This document shows positions 13,500 to 25,746 of a stretch of DNA of 64,000 nucleotides, in pieces (positions within the stretch are counted from its first letter, which is position 1; each line of letters begins with the position of its first letter). A program made the translations under genes and the position numbers. The notes beneath the pieces are model-generated. The model was not told the origin of the DNA and did not search any database. It was given only the letters and a program-made list of their open reading frames with translations. Location: positions 114,824,001 through 114,888,000 of the forward strand of contig NC_042999.1 in assembly GCF_006345805.1 (NCBI RefSeq), written 5' to 3'. The stretch comes from Octopus sinensis. Its lineage: Eukaryota.

Positions 13500-14290
13500 T
13501 CTTTCTACTCGTAGACACAAAGCCTGAAATTTTGGTAGAAGGCGCTAGTCGATTACATTGACCTCAGCACTGGGCTGGTACTTATTTTATCAACCTAGAA
13601 TGTAAGAAAGTAATGTCGATCTCGGAAGCATTTGAACTGGGAACGTAAAAAGCCAGAAGAAATACCTCTAAACACCTTGGCGCGATAACGACTCTGCCAG
13701 CTCGCCTCTTGAACGAAGCTATATACATTCCTTTTAATTTTGGCACTGGCCAGCAATTTTGAGGGGAGAGCAAGCCGATTATATCGACCCCGGGGCTCAA
13801 TTGATATTTACTCTATCAACCCCGAAGGCATGAAAGTCCACCTCGTTGGCATTTGAACTCAGAATGTAAAGAGTGATACAATGAATATTCGTTTCAAATT
13901 TTGGCACAAGACCAGCAATTTTGTTTGAGGGAGTTAGTTGATTGCATGGACTCTAGTGCTCAACTAGTATTTATTTTATAGACCACGAAAGAATGAAATG
14001 AAAGTCAATAGTCGACCTCAGCGGAATTTGAACTCAGAAGGTAAATAGGGACGAAATACCTATTTCTTTACTACCCACAAAGGGATAAACACAGAGGGGA
14101 CAGACAAGGACAGACACACGAATTAAGTCGATTACATCGACCCCAGTGCGTAACTGGTACTTATTTAATCGACCCCGAAAGGATGAAAGGCAAAGTCGAC
14201 ATCGGCGGAATTTGAACTCAGAACGTAGCGACAGACGAAATACCGCTAAGAATTTCACCCGGCTTGCTAACGATTCTACCAGCTCGCCAC
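13500..14290 (-). mobile_element. Cluster of ~4 SINE family A copies; the last is a young multimeric copy
   Basis: Repeated reverse-complement SINE cores; 14010-14290 is close to the consensus seen elsewhere in the window. Confidence 0.85.
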
Positions 14291-14558
14291 CATACTGTGA
14301 GGCTATAAATATTAAGAAGCTATATAGCGCCGGATTAGGTTTCTTAATTATTTAGAATCAGTTCAAATCTCATTTGACTCAGCTTTGCTTTACTTCTCGT
14401 CGAGATAATAAAACATATTGCCAGAGATATAGGAATACTAATACAAAAATTCATTGATATCATTTCTCGTAATATAATGTTACTAGTTGCAGTAATATAC
14501 TAGTATCAATACAAGTAATATACTGGTTGCGATACCATTAATATACCGCTGTCAGTAT

Positions 14559-15247
14559 CAGTGGCGACTCGTAGATAAAATTAGTGGGGGTACTGCTTCA
14601 GAAAAAAATTAGCCGTTATTTAATATAGTGTAAAAGGAAACACGTATAAAAAGAATATTTGTTCATAAACTTGATCGGTTCGCGTAATAGCCACTGCCGG
14701 GTAGTGTGTTTAATTTGTTCACTGAACACCGCCGCGAATTCCCCCTTGTTTTTCAAAAATCCCCGCTAAATCACAAAATAAAGGGAGAAGATCTGCCTTA
14801 TTTTTCATATTCTGGCAGCAACAATGTAGCTGGAAACAAGATAATAATCTAATTCTACACTTTATCATATTCAAGAATATAAGCACGTTTTTAAACACAA
14901 CACACGCGGAGTCAAAAAGACACTCTACCTTTCACCAGCACCCCAGGGTCGGCACTGCGTGAAACACAGTGCTCTCTCTTCCTAGCGTGCAGCTTCCTAT
15001 CTAGGACATGTGAGCATGCGCACAAAAGCCAAACACCACGTCACTAGAACTGTGAAGTGCACAGTTCTATACAAGGATTTTTGTATTTTTTTCATAAACT
15101 AGGGGATGGCTACTGACATTAAGCTTAAGGATTATATAAGGAACGAATTAAAACAAAAAAGACTCGTTATATTGAATGTTATCGATAATAACGAGTGGGA
15201 ATAGAGGGTGCTGCAGTTCCGCAGTGCCTACTCATGAGCCGCTACTG
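14559..15247. mobile_element. Non-autonomous hAT-type DNA transposon (689 bp) with 8-bp TSD
   Basis: Termini CAGTGGCGACTC.. and ..GAGCCGCTACTG; identical GTCAGTAT at 14551-14558 and 15248-15255. Confidence 0.85.
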
Positions 15248-15419
15248 GTCAGTATCAGCAATATAGTTAAATATATAGTAATATAGCGGTGTCACAACCA
15301 CTCTATTACTACCACTTAGTTCCTGTAATATAGTTGTAATATGTTGGCAACGATTCGATTGTTTATATATACAAACTCTATCTTACAAATAATGACTTTA
15401 ACCCGAGCTAAAATCACTA

Positions 15420-16205
15420 GCTTGACAAGGCTACTCGTGGTTCTTTGAGCTACTAGAAATAGTAGTCAAATCTCCTACAAATCAAACTATACCAGCTTTA
15501 AAAAGGTGAAGAAGACATATTTGGTTTTATAGGCCTAAACACACTGCATCTGATAATAAGGAGCACTTATCACGGCTGGAATGCTTTTAATTGTAGCAGT
15601 CCAAGGCTAAAGATCATCGTCATTATCATCACTAATTCGATGGATGAGTTAATAAAATACAAAAGTTTTGCTTTATAGGCTTGGTTGTTATTATTGTATA
15701 GCCCCAGATCAGCACATGTCGAAAAGCCGTAATAATTAAAGGCATTCCAGGAGTGACCATCTCACGTTTTTCCAGCATATAAAGAACACAGGACAATATT
15801 ATCCAATATCATCAATATTATCCTTTTTAAGACACCAGGTTAAACGATTTGTTTGTGGCAGATCAGGAGACCATGAAGAGATTCACTCACTCGTTGGCTC
15901 GACTGATTTGGTGTGTTACCTCACGTTTCTGCGTTCGAATTTCCCCTGAGTAAACATCACCTTTTTCATTCTTCCATGGGTTGATAAATACTAATGATAT
16001 ATTTGGGAAGGGGGTTAAATTAAATGTATCTAAGTCTTTGGCATTGTTGAGCTATTGATCAGTAGAGATTCAAGAAAATATTCTAACCATATCCATGACA
16101 ACTTTTATTACGAAAACATTATGAAATATGTCCTTCCTTTCTTAAGTCGAGAGGGTGTGACTGGAAAGAGATTTAGCTGATGTTTCTTGTAGTTCGAGTG
16201 ACCAT
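15420..16205. mobile_element. Old dispersed repeat family (CTAGAAATAGCAGCCAAATCTCC..GGCTGGAATGCCTTTGAT..(CAA)n-like), three diverged copies; others near 2505-2680, 18560-18730, 19630-19780, 24600-24720, 49350-49530
   Basis: Recurrent degenerate motifs on both strands; class not determined. Confidence 0.55.
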
Positions 16206-18751
16206 GCAAATATTCCTTCATTAAACGTTCGTTTTCTTGCATAATTCAGTCCTACGCGACGACAAAAGAAATCTTCGTTTATTATCCATAACCTTCATTC
16301 CTTCCTTTCTTACCACACACACATACACACACACACACTCATACACGCACACACACACACATTACCCAACCCACCCGAAGAGTGAAAAGGCAGAATTAAT
16401 AACGGTTTAGAGAGCGGGAAACATCGTCAGAGTATGACGCAATTACAAATTAATAATTCACATTTAATAAACAAAAGGATGCTGAAATTGTCAAATAACA
16501 AGAAACGATAGAGATTTAATGGTGTCCACTATGTTAAGTGGAGCAGATAATATTACAACACATGTAATTAGCTTGTCAGGGCAGATCGTATTAATCACCT
16601 ACATAATTATTCAGCTTTTAAATAGCTATTGAAATTAAACTAAAATTTATAACTACTAAATCATTGCCCAGTTATTCTATCTTGTTGGTTTTTGTTAGTA
16701 TCTTTGATTACATTTCATTGGCGCGCGACTTTCTATGAGAGAATGTTGTCGCTGCATATTATTAATTATTTACATTGTATCTCTTTCGAGATCGTTCTCT
16801 CTCATATTAAGTGCCATTAGTTAACTAAATTAGTAAATTATCTGACGACATGCGCCGCTAATACGAGATTTATTGGCGTTAGTCTCGCTTTGCAAATAGT
16901 ATCAGATATTTATTTGTCGTTAGTAACCGTGCACAGGTCTCGTGAATCATACACGAGCGTGCGTGCATGATATGCTTGTGTGTGTGTGTATACATATATG
17001 TGTGTGTGTATGTGTGTGTGTGTGTGCGTGCGACGGATATGTGTGTGCGTACGTGTGTTTCTGTGTATGTGTGTATGTGTGTGTGTCTGTGTATCAGTAA
17101 GTTTGTGAAAGTGTGTATGCATGTGTATGTATACATGCGTGTGTTTGTGTGTATGTATGTGTGTGTGTCAGTAACTCTGTTAGAGAATGTGTGTGTTGTG
17201 TATGGGTGTGTGCTATGTGGTCTTTCTGCATTTGTGTGTAAGTGTGTGTAATTATGTATGAATGTTTGTACGCGTGTATGTATGTATGTATGTATGTATG
17301 TATGTATGTACGTGCGCATGTATGTACGTACGTATGTATGTATCTATGTATGTATGTACGTATGTATGTATGTACGTACGTATGTATGTACGTATGTACG
17401 TATTTATGTACGTACGTATGTATGTATGTATTATGTATGTATGTGTGTGTGAGTGTATGAATGTATATGCGCGACATGTAAAGTGAAATTGATTCGACTA
17501 CTAGTCGAATATGATTGTAGAGATGGTCTACGATCGCGACAATCTTTTATAATTCAGTTAACAAGGAAGGGGAGTATCTTTGAACCCTTATAGGGGCTTC
17601 CATAACTAGCAGGAAGAAGGGAGGAATCTATCCTCAAAACACAGACCTTGTCTCAAAACTCGTCACAGAGTGAACTCCAATAAAGGCACTCAAGACCAGG
17701 TGGTGATATTAAACAGATGAAAAAGGTGGCAAGCTGGCAGAATCGTTAGCACACCGGGAACTTAGATCGATGTAATCGACTTACTCCTCTCCCAAAATTG
17801 CTGGCCTTGTGCCGAAATTTGAAACTAATATTAAACAGATGAAGTTTACAACAAAACTAGACCACATTAGGATTTGAATTCTGAATGCAGTCAGGTGGAT
17901 CTAATACTACAAGGAATCCCGTCCGACGTTTTAAACCTTTTCGCGGGTACCCCATCTTAGAATGGTCCTTTATTTATCGACTCCGAAACGAATGAAAGCA
18001 AAGTTGAAATCCGTGAGATCTGAACACAAGATGCTGTTCATTTCGTCCGATGTTTTAACGAACCTACCAGTTCACTATCATTAGTCCTAAGAGAGTTCGT
18101 TAGGTTTCAATTAACATGAGGCAGGAATGATCCAAGATTTCAGACTTTTTGCCTTTCATTTGAATGTGAAAAGAGAAAAGAAAGTAGAGTTATTGCTTGG
18201 GTAATTGCTAAGTAAAATTTCACAGTTACCCCTGTTTTAATCTAGGGTCCTCCCTGTTAAAGACTTTAGTAGTGTTAACAATTCTCTAGTTCTGAGATGG
18301 TGAACCTATGACATGTGTGTCAGCAGTGACACGCTGCATGTTTGAGGATAACAAATTGGAATTTGATAAAATAAAATGTCTTCCCGCAGTATCATGTCAC
18401 TAAATGTTTAGTTTGTCAATAAGCATTTACCTAAAACTAAAATACAGATTGTATACATGAAATGACACTCCAGTAACGGATTATTAAAGAAATTGAAATT
18501 GCGACAAACGGGATTTTAAAAAGTCGCCAATACTACCTGAGACTATCGTAACTTTCATCATGGGTGCGTCTATGTGATAATTTGATCTACTAGAAATATC
18601 AGTCATATTTCCCTATCATCACATCTTGCAGTCTTAAAAGAAAGAAAATGACATATTAGAAAATGTATTCCTAGATATCTCCCAAAAGACGGAATGGTTA
18701 CAACTAGAAAGTATTTGATAATAGGTCTACATATGTATGTATGTATGTAGA

Positions 18752-18960
18752 CGCCATGATAGATCGTTAGCTTCTACACGCATTTTTTTCTCTCCTTGTT
18801 TCTCTCCTTGTTTTTTTTTTTTTCTGTGTCCCTTTCTGTGGAAGAGCGTAGGCTCGAAACGTAAAAGACTTTTTTCTATTCCTGAGCGCTATACTAATAC
18901 ATTTGTTTGTTTGTACACCACCTGCCTTCGTCTTTTGTTTATTTTCGTAAACTTTGCCTA
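18752..18960 (+). mobile_element. Solo Penelope-like 3'UTR/pLTR fragment, related to 40045-40218
   Basis: Shares CCATGAT.GA.CGTTA, the HHR-like motif and the downstream CC.GAGC..ACACC segment with the tail of the GIY-YIG fragment at 39329. Confidence 0.7.
18832..18867 (+). ncRNA. Minimal hammerhead-like motif with A6U core variant
   Basis: cuuu CUGUGGA a GAGC-guag-GCUC GAAA cg UA aaag; all three stems present, palindromic ACGU stem III. Confidence 0.65.
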
Positions 18961-18961
18961 A

Positions 18962-19005
<44 letters not shown>

Positions 19006-19279
19006 TGCGCGTGCGTGTGTGTGTGTGTGTGTGTGTGCGTGTGTGTGTGTGCGTGTGTGTGTGTGTGTGCGTGTGTGTGTGTGTGTGTGTAAATACATAC
19101 ATATATATGTATATGCAGAATACGTTATGTAGAACATTGCTCGAGAAACAAGGATAAAATATCCAGTGACCTTCTTTTCCAGATATTTATTTGAGGTTTA
19201 TCTAGGGCTGAGCAACAACAGTAACCAATTTAAGTTGTTATATTCCATTAAATTAGTATAAAAGTAGTATCTAGAGCGT

Positions 19280-19420
19280 GAAGAAGAAGAAGAAGAAGAA
19301 GAAGAAGAAGAAGAAGAAGAAGAAGAAGAAGAAGAAGAAGAAGAAGAAGAAGAAGAAGAAGAAGAAGAAGAAGAAGAAGAAGAAGAAGAAGAAGAAGAAG
19401 AAGAAGAAGAAGAAGAAGAA
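19280..19420 (+). repeat. Pure (GAA)47 microsatellite
   Basis: 141 bp uninterrupted. Confidence 0.95.
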
Positions 19421-20084
19421 CCAAACTGAACTGAACTGAACTGTGATCAGGCATGCCCAAAAGTCACAAGCATTCCGACCTTTTTGTTTAGAACTACTAA
19501 CGTTCCTAATGTATTTTTCCTGTTTTAAGACGTGCATGATTTTAAAGGAATTTGGCTGCTGCTTCTTGTATGTCAAGGTGCTGTGTAAATGCTCACTCGC
19601 TGACATATGAGTGCTGATTCTGATGGTGGAGGTCAAAAAGATTCCAGCCTTTTTGCTCTAATTAGGATGACATTGTTTAATGCAATCTTTTTGTTTTAAG
19701 AATTTGAGTGTGATTTAAAGAAATCTGGCTGCTGTTTCGTGCATGTTATGATGGAAGTGGCTCCCTAGTTGGCTTATACGACTGTTGATTCTGATGGTGG
19801 ATCAGCAGAGGTGAGCGTGGTGGATTAAGTACCAGTTGAGTAGAGGAGACTGGGTCTAGTTGTTACATGCTTTCATTTTTTTGCCTTCGCACCAACATAA
19901 ATGAACACAGATGAAGCTTCTTTTCAGATTTAATTAGCAAAACATCTCTATTTATTGTTATCACTAGCAAAAAACAGAAATTACATAACATTAATTAGAC
20001 AGGTTCTAATTAATGAGGTGGTGTCAGCTGTAACAATTTTCCCCGAGTGCAAGGTACGTTGTGACACTTACTGGGGCACTTAGT

Positions 20085-21655
20085 TACAACAAATCTAAAT
20101 GAGAATGTAAGTATATTTTTTTTACATTCGAAAGACAATTTCAAGGCGGTTCTTCACTTCACTTATATATTCAGGGGCCTTATATTCACTCGAAAGTTGA
20201 CCCCAGTTTTTCATTGAGATTTTGTTCAAATTCGGTTTCTTTTAAAACTTCCTCAATTTGCAGCCCTCACAAATTTGTTGTACTCACATTTGGGAATTCT
20301 TTTTAGATGGATTGTGAGGACCTCGTCAAGTGACTTTATCCATCACTTTTACAAACGTTTTCAAGAAACGAAGCCTTATATATAGAAATGATAAACGTAT
20401 CTTTACGTGATTAACTAAAGAAACTACTTGGACTCTGCTCATTCGTGGGACGTATGCTGGCCTTAGTGACCAGTCATATTTAATAAACTTTACTATCTGT
20501 ATTAGTACAAGTGTCTCATGGGCAAACAAACAATATTGTGAAACCTGCTTGCATACACATGTTATCATATATCTCCGTTATGTGAACAGAGTGGACAATG
20601 AATATGTATGGTTTGACATACGCATCATACAGTAGAATTGATCTCAACCTCCTTTGTGAGGAATCGATAAAGAGGCTCCAGTCAGATGCTCTATGTGTCT
20701 GAAGCAAGTTTGTACAGAATTCATTTATGTCACACCTATAGAAGAGTGGCCTAGCTGCATGTGTTGCCAAATTAAAATTTCGTTTCTGATAGCAACTAAT
20801 TTGCAATTCTTTGGTCAAATAAATTACCTTCCTTCAGTTTTGATACCTGTCTAGAGAGAATGTATTCTCTCTAGACAAGTCTCTAGCCAGACTAGCCAAA
20901 TGTCCCCGGGTGGATAACCATGGGTCCATTTTTTCTTCAGGCATGTATTCAAGAACTATCGAAGGTAGAGTACCTCCACCAATTGTACATACAGCATTGT
21001 CCGTTTCATCACCAATGGAAACTAATCCATCATTTGGGAGAAAAGGAATTGGCATTGTTTCATCATGTTAGAGGTCTGCTTATTGAATATGTTTGTTTAG
21101 TTAATCTTGCCCTTTTTCTTTGAGGATAACCGAATTACGTTAACACTGCTCAAATAGCAAGGTATATAATTGATTTTTTGTTTTGTTTTTGTTTTTTTGT
21201 TCTGTCCATATTATGGGGATAGTAAATGGTATTGATCGATTTGATTCTTCGAGTTGAACCAATCATGTAGTCCTCTAGAGCACATGGAGCAGATTCGATG
21301 TGGTGTCACCGCTGTTTACATTGACATATGACAACCCGAGTATATTTGGTATGTTTTTATGAGATTCATTGTGATAGTTTATCGTTGTCACAGCTGAAAC
21401 TAAACCACAAACAAAGAAAAGATCAGGATGATTTTTACATCTACAAGATAATCTGAAAAATACAAAATATTTCAAATATATTCATTAAAAAAATTAAGAT
21501 GTTATCTTAAAAACTATACGTGAAATGAAAACAGAAAAATCGAAAACAATATTTGAAGTTTGCACCAAATTTGTCTTTCGGGTCAGGGTCATTCAAAAAT
21601 CATCTCCAAAAAAAAAATGATATGCTTTAGAGACGAATGTTATTGGGAGTGTGAT
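20085..21655 (-). pseudogene. Decayed DNA transposon, CMC/Chapaev3-like transposase
   Basis: Fragmentary motifs in the expected order: CKNHPDLF..CG, IPFTIPIIWTE, CYL, DWSLFIDSSQRRLRSILL, HSVHITEIYDNM, LQIEEVLKETEF, LHSHLD; many stops and frameshifts; family name recalled from motifs, not searched. Confidence 0.75.
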
Positions 21656-22017
21656 TTGCAGCATAGTGTTTAGGGCTAATGAACTTATTGATGCTGCAGC
21701 TATTTATCTGAATATGTTTGCCCAAGATTATTCTTTTATTCTTTTACTTGCTTCAGTCATTTGAAACCCTTGAAGTGTTATTAGTCGAATAAGTCGACGC
21801 CAGGATTTATTCTTTAAGTCTAGTAATTATTCTACCGGCTTCTTTTGCCGAACCGCTAGTTTACGCTGATGTAAACATACCAACACCGGTTGCCAAGCAG
21901 TGATGGGCGGGGGAACAAACACATAAACGAAAACACACATACACACATACATACATACATACATACATACATACATACATACATACATACATACATACAC
22001 ACACATGTGTGTCTATG

Positions 22018-22060
<43 letters not shown>

Positions 22061-22169
22061 TAAAGAATTTTTATTTTTAGATATAAATGATGTACTCAAG
22101 TGTAGTTATGTTTTTAGCTTGTGCTTTTTCCATGATCATACGTGAGTATTTTATTTATATCCCATCGAA

Positions 22170-22236
22170 ATTTCTACTGAAGAAGGAATATATCTTTTTT
22201 ATATGATTAAGTCCGAAATTGATTCAATATAGAGAT
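22170..22236 (+). ncRNA. Type I hammerhead ribozyme, array copy 1
   Basis: auuucua CUGAAGA a GGA-auaua-ucuuuuu-uauau-gauuaag-UCC GAAA uugauucaa UA uagagau; predicted cleavage after 22229. Confidence 0.8.
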
Positions 22237-22662
22237 AACGAAATTTAAATTTTCTAAAGGTTAGTTGCCCGTTTTCAGTTTCGATTTTCCTGTAACAAGC
22301 GGATTATAAGTGGATAAAACAGTGTATTTGGCTTTAGAATAACCCTCTTTAGCCCTTATTATTATATGTATATTTCAACCGTAACGGTTTTTTTAAATAT
22401 ACTGCCCACGCTTCCTGATGAATTCCTTGGCTGTAGAGTAAGGGACTTCATCCTTATTGCTTAGTAGTAAACTCGATGCTTGCTACAGGAGGACTGGTAA
22501 CCATTACATTTGTAGCGCGGCGAAAGGTCTGGACGTTGTTTTCTGAGGCTGACCAAAGAATTTTTATTTTTAGATATAAATGATGTACTCAAGTGTAGTT
22601 ATGTTTTTAGCTTGTGCTTTTTCCATGATCATACGTGAGTATTTTATTTATATCCCATCGAA

Positions 22663-22727
22663 ATTCTACTGAAGAAGGAATATATCTTTTTTATATATTA
22701 AGTCCGAAATTGATTCAATATAGAGAT
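22663..22727 (+). ncRNA. Type I hammerhead ribozyme, array copy 2
   Basis: Same motif; predicted cleavage after 22720. Confidence 0.8.
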
Positions 22728-23152
22728 AACGAAATTTAAATTTTCTAAAGGTTAGTTGCCCGTTTTCAGTTTCGATTTTCCTGTAACAAGCGGATTATAA
22801 GTGGATAAAACAGTGTATTTGGCTTTAGAATAACCCTCTTTAGCCCTTAATTATATGATGTATATTGCAACCGTAACGGTTTTTTTAAATATACTGCCCA
22901 CGCTTCCTGATGAATTCCTTGGCTGTAGAGTAAGGGACTTCATCCTATATTGCTTAGTAGTAAACTCGATGCTTGCTACAGGAGGACTGGTAACCATTAC
23001 AATTTGTAGCGGCGAAAGGTCTGGACGTTGTTTTCTGAGGCTGACCAAAGAATTTTTATTTTTAGATATAAATGATGTACTCAGGGTAGTTATGTTTTTA
23101 GCTTGTGCTTTTTCCATGATCATACGTGAGTATTTTATTTATATCCCATCGA

Positions 23153-23219
23153 ATTTCTACTGAAGAAGGAATATATCTTTTTTATATGATTAAGTCCGAA
23201 ATTGATTCAATATAGAGAT
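23153..23219 (+). ncRNA. Type I hammerhead ribozyme, array copy 3
   Basis: Same motif; predicted cleavage after 23212. Confidence 0.8.
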
Positions 23220-23647
23220 AACGAAATTTAAATTTTCTAAAGGTTAGTTGCCCGTTTTCAGTTTCGATTTTCCTGTAACAAGCGGATTATAAGTGGATAA
23301 AACAGTGTATTGGCTTTAGAATAACCCTCTTAGCCCTTAATTATATGATGTATATTGCAACCGTAACGGTTTTTTTAAATATACTGCCCACGCTTCCTGA
23401 TGAATTCCTTGGCTGTAGAGTAAGGGACTTCATCCTATATTGCTTAGTAGTAAACTCGATGCTTGCTACAGGAGGACTGGTAACCATTACAATTTGTAGC
23501 GGCGACGAAAGGTCTGGACGTTGTTTTCTGAGGCTGACCAAAGAATTTTTATTTTTAGATATAAATGATGTACTCAAGTGTAGTTATGTTTTTAGCTTGT
23601 GCTTTTTCCATGATCATACGTGAGTATTTTATTTATATCCCATCGAA

Positions 23648-23714
23648 ATTTCTACTGAAGAAGGAATATATCTTTTTTATATGATTAAGTCCGAAATTGA
23701 TTCAATATAGAGAT
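23648..23714 (+). ncRNA. Type I hammerhead ribozyme, array copy 4
   Basis: Same motif; predicted cleavage after 23707. Confidence 0.8.
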
Positions 23715-24139
23715 AACGAAATTTAAATTTTCTAAAGGTTAGTTGCCCGTTTTCAGTTTCGATTTTCCTGTAACAAGCGGATTATAAGTGGATAAAACAG
23801 TGTATTTGGCTTTAGAATAACCCTCTTTAGCCCTTAATTATATGATGTATATTGCAACCGTAACGGTTTTTTTAAATATACTGCCCACGCTTCCTGATGA
23901 ATTCCTTGGCTGTAGAGTAAGGGACTTCATCCTATATTGCTTAGTAGTAAACTCGATGCTTGCTACAGGAGGACTGGTAACCATTACAATTTGTAGCGGC
24001 GAAAGGTCTGGACGTTGTTTTCTGAGGCTGACCAAAGAATTTTTTTTTTAGATATAAATGATGTACTCAAGTGTAGTTATGTTTTTAGCTTGTGCTTTTT
24101 CCATGATCATACGTGAGTATTTTATTTTATCCCATCGAA

Positions 24140-24205
24140 ATTTCTACTGAAGAAGGAATATATCTTTTTTATATGATTAAGTCCGAAATTGATTCAATAT
24201 AGAGA
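24140..24205 (+). ncRNA. Type I hammerhead ribozyme, array copy 5
   Basis: Same motif; predicted cleavage after 24199. Confidence 0.8.
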
Positions 24206-24332
24206 AACGAAATTTAAATTTTCTAAAGGTTAGTTGCCCGTTTTCAGTTTCGATTTTCCTGTAACAAGCGGATTATAAGTGGATAAAACAGTGTATTTGG
24301 CTTTAGAAAACCCTCTTTAGCCCTTAATTATA

Positions 24333-24378
<46 letters not shown>

Positions 24379-25154
24379 TATATATGGCTTCTTTCAGCTT
24401 CCGTCTATCACATCCACTCACAAGGCTTGGGTCGGCCCGAAGCTATAGTAGAAGACACTAACCCAAAATGGCTTGTTCTACTTCAAGTCAATTCTTTGAG
24501 GCTCTTTTTCTATATGATTAACGTAGAGTTGTCTTAGTTTTATACCTGTGTCTAGAGATAAATGCAAGGTTGTGAATGTGATATCATCTGCGTATGAGTC
24601 TGTGCATATATTTGAGTCCGACTGATCAGACCCAAGATCAAAGATGTTCCAGTCGTGAACATTCCCACTTTCTCTCAGCCATGTTTATGCTAAACTACAT
24701 TATCCAGTGCAATCTCCCAGAGTCCTCTGATTCCATCAGTTTCAAAATGCTTTAAGTTTACGTTTGTAATTTCGTAGAGCTTGAGACTGTTAAGTTTTCA
24801 GAACTCATTGTTGCTTGTTGGGAGTATGATGGATCTGGGGAGTCAAAACCATAGTCTAGGCAGAAGCGTATTTATTTCCATAGCTTAGTTGTCTAGTACT
24901 ATTTTATATTTCTTTTTTATAGTGATATCATTTTTATCAGATTGGCTATTTCTGTAGTGTAATGGATATAATATTTTGATATATTGTTCTGTTGGTCAAT
25001 TTTTTTTTTATAAGTCTATTATTATTTTGTTGAATAATACTTAGTATATTGTAGTACTTATTTTGATGATTATTGTGCGGTTGCTAAATTTTGGAAACTA
25101 TGGTTCTGCTTCCTGATGGAGCTGATTCTACAAGACACCTTGAAGCTAAACAGT

Positions 25155-25633
25155 GTTAATGATGACAGGGGGTGGTGGTAGAGTACGAGGAGGAGGAGGT
25201 AGAAGATGATGAAGAAGAAGAAGAAGAGAAGAAGAAGAAGAAGAAGAAAAGAAGAAGAAGAAGAAGAAGAAGAAGAAAAGAAGAAGAAGAAGAAGATAGG
25301 AGGAGAACAAGGAAGATAGGAAGATAGGAAGAAGACGAGGAGTTGAAGGAAGAAGAGGAGTTCAAGGAAGATAAGAAGAAGGTAGAAAAGGGGGGAGAAG
25401 AAAAAGAGGAAGAGAAGGATGATGTTGATGATGAGGAGGAGGAGAAGGCGGAGGAGGATGACGATGACGTCGTCGGCGGCGGTAGCGATGATGGCGATGA
25501 TGACGCCGATGATGTTGAAAGCAGATACAGTAATGCTGGTGATTGCTGTGCTGTTATTTAGTAGTTTTGATGATACTGCTGATGATGGTGGTGGATGGTA
25601 ATGGTCGTCGTCGTCGTGGTAGTAGTGGTGGTG

Positions 25634-25669
<36 letters not shown>

Positions 25670-25698
25670 GCAGCAGCAGAGCAGCGGTGGTGGTGGTG

Positions 25699-25746
<48 letters not shown>

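Larger units (their letters stand above)
22062..24336 (+). repeat. ~492-bp x4.6 head-to-tail array with one hammerhead per unit (non-LTR retrozyme / PLE-derived multimer)
   Basis: HHR cores CTGAAGA start at 22177, 22669, 23160, 23655, 24147; units differ almost only by small indels; (TA)n on both flanks. Confidence 0.9.
21730..24470 (-). mobile_element. SINE family B copy split at its internal (TA)n by the tandem array
   Basis: 3' part at 21730-21935 and its continuation GGCTTCTTTCAGCTTCCGTCTA..GCTATAGTAGAAGACAC at 24386-24470 are collinear with the intact copy at 27776-28168. Confidence 0.8.

Noticed and set aside
22410-22455. Second CTGATGA in each array unit as another hammerhead or a SECIS
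   Set aside because: Forms a hairpin (GATGAA..TTCATC) but lacks GAAA and stem III, and lacks the SECIS quartet
22851-24051. Repeated 65-102 aa ORFs on both strands of the tandem array as protein genes
   Set aside because: Frames differ between units through indels and have no recognisable domain; the HHR explains the unit better
22062-24336. CRISPR array or rDNA/snRNA cluster interpretation
   Set aside because: No short repeats with unique spacers, no 5S/tRNA/snRNA sequence recognised, and the context is eukaryotic
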